64,000 bases of DNA, taken from the NCBI GenBank assembly GCA_951406725.2, contig OX597843.1:17112001-17176000 (forward strand), written 5' to 3'. The notes under the pieces are model-generated. The model made no database searches and was not told where the DNA came from. It saw nothing but the letters and a program-made list of their open reading frames with translations. This document shows positions 62,039 through 64,000 of this stretch, piece after piece. Position 1 is the first letter of the stretch. Each line of letters begins with the position of its first letter. The DNA is from Octopus vulgaris. Its lineage: Eukaryota. The position numbers and the translations under genes are program-made.

Positions 62039-63329
62039 CGAGGGACGTTCAATAAGTAATGCCTCTGACCCACTTGCAGTTGTTTGATCTAGCTGAAATT
62101 TTGCATGTGCAATCATTTATATCTCTATAGAGTAAGTGGCAAATTACAGCTCTGAATTAATTGTGGTTTCTGATTTACAGGTGTTTGAACCGAGTCAAGT
62201 GTGACATGGAGCCTGTTGAGTGTCGAGCATTGATCCGGTTTTTGTATTTGAAAGGACGCACACCACGGGAGACTTTTGATGAAATGAAAGTAACTTATGG
62301 TGATGATGCCCCATCATATGACCTTGTAAAACGCTGGCATCGTGAATTCAAACATGGTCGGAACTCTGTGGAAACAGCTCCCAGATCTGGTCGCCCCCTT
62401 CTGCCATTGATGAGGCATCTGTCCGTCAAGTTGAGGCTGCCATTTTGGAAGATCAACGCATAATTATTCGCCAAATAGCCCATGAGGTCAAGATTAGTAC
62501 CGGGTCTGTGGAAACTATCATTCATGACCATTTGCATATGCAAAAGGTGTCTGCCAGATGGATTCCCAGGTTGCTCACACCTTTCCAGAAGCAAGAACGC
62601 GTTGAGTGCTCGAGGGTGAATTTGGAGATGTGCCAAGAAGATGAGTCAAAATTTTTCAAAAGACTGATTACACAGGATGAAACCTGGGTCCATCACGATG
62701 ATCCAGAGACCAAATCCCAGTCAATGCAGTGGAAGCACCGTGACTCACCCCCTCCAAAGAAGGCAAGGGTGCAGCCCTCCGCTGGCAAGGTCATGCTCAC
62801 AGTCTTCTGGGACCAGGACGGAGTAGTGATGACAGATTTCCTGGCAAAGGGTACCACAATTGCAGGAGCCTATTATGCTTAACTTTTGAGGAAATTAAGA
62901 GAAGTTATCAAAATCAAGAGGCGGGGCAAGATCAGCAAAGGCATCCTCCTCCTGCAGGACAACGCTCCGGTCCACAACTCGCTTGTCGCCAGATCAGAAG
63001 CACAGGTGTATGGCTATGAACTCCTCCCCATCCCCCCTACTTTCCTGACCTTGCACCCTCTGATTTTCACCTCTTCCCATCCATGAAGTTGTTTTTGAAA
63101 GGAAAGCATTTCCCAGATGATGCAGCCTTGATTTCTGAAGTCACGTTGAGGTTGGAGGACCAAGCTGGGGTCTTCTACAAAAACGGTCTCGAGAGCTGCA
63201 TCAAACGATGGGAGAAATGCGTAACTCTGGGTGGTTCCTATGTAGAAAAAGACTAATAACTGTGCCAAATTTCGTTGCTCTACTGCTATGGGAAGTGGGT
63301 CATGGGCATTACATATTGAACGCCCCTCG
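62039..63329 (+). mobile_element. Full-length mariner (DD34D-type) transposon, 1291 bp, with TA duplication; transposase disrupted
   Basis: TIRs CGAGGGACGTTCAATAAGTAATGCC / GGCATTACATATTGAACGCCCCTCG flanked by TA; transposase about 62206-63256 with WIPRLL, TQDETWVH, LQDNAPVH and PDLAPSDF; frameshifts near 62400 and 63030 and a stop at 62880-62882. Confidence 0.95.
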
Positions 63330-63723
63330 TATATATACATACATATATATATATATACATATATATATACATATACATACATATATATATACATATACAT
63401 ATATATATACATATACATATATATATACATATATATATATACATACATATATATATACATATACATATACATATATATATACATACATATATATATACAT
63501 ATACATACATATATAATATACATATACATATATATATACACATATATATATACATACATATATATACATATACATACATATATATACATATATATACATA
63601 TATATATACATACATATATATATACATATATATATATATACATATATATATACATATATATATACATATATATACATATATATATATACATATATATACA
63701 TATATATATATACATATATATAC

Positions 63724-63760
<37 letters not shown>

Positions 63761-63792
63761 CATATATATATATACATACATATATATACATA

Positions 63793-63854
<62 letters not shown>

Positions 63855-64000
63855 CATACATATATATATATACATACATATACATATATATATATACATA
63901 CATATACATATATATATATACATACATATACATATATATATATACATACATATACATACATATATATATATACATACATATATATATATACATACATATA
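63330..64000. repeat. (TA)n/(TACA)n microsatellite; also 51900-52368 and 52623-52738
   Basis: Direct inspection. Confidence 0.97.

Overview
Repeat-rich animal genomic DNA, most likely Octopus judging by its SINE/LINE repertoire (inference). The only host gene is porcupine (PORCN, the Wnt O-palmitoleoyltransferase of the MBOAT family) on the + strand. I assembled it by hand from 12 GT-AG coding exons between 1425 and 47893; intron phases are consistent, giving a 1446-nt CDS and a 481-aa protein with the catalytic His and the C-x5-C-x3-C-x-H zinc site. Introns and the downstream region are filled with tRNA-derived SINEs, CR1-like and RTE LINE fragments, three mariner relics (one full length), non-autonomous Helitrons, microsatellites and tandem arrays. 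The most notable unannotated signal is a cluster of type I hammerhead-ribozyme motifs in the PORCN introns (about 28.9k, 38.4k, 40.6k x2, 42.4-42.8k, 43.1k, 45.2k, 47.3k). Most have a very short palindromic or near-palindromic stem III, as in Penelope-like retroelements, and several sit inside fold-back palindromes. There is also a 4.5-kb modular foldback with tRNA-like heads at its centre. Most ORF-track entries are microsatellite or SINE artefacts. Repeat boundaries are approximate because they were read by eye.
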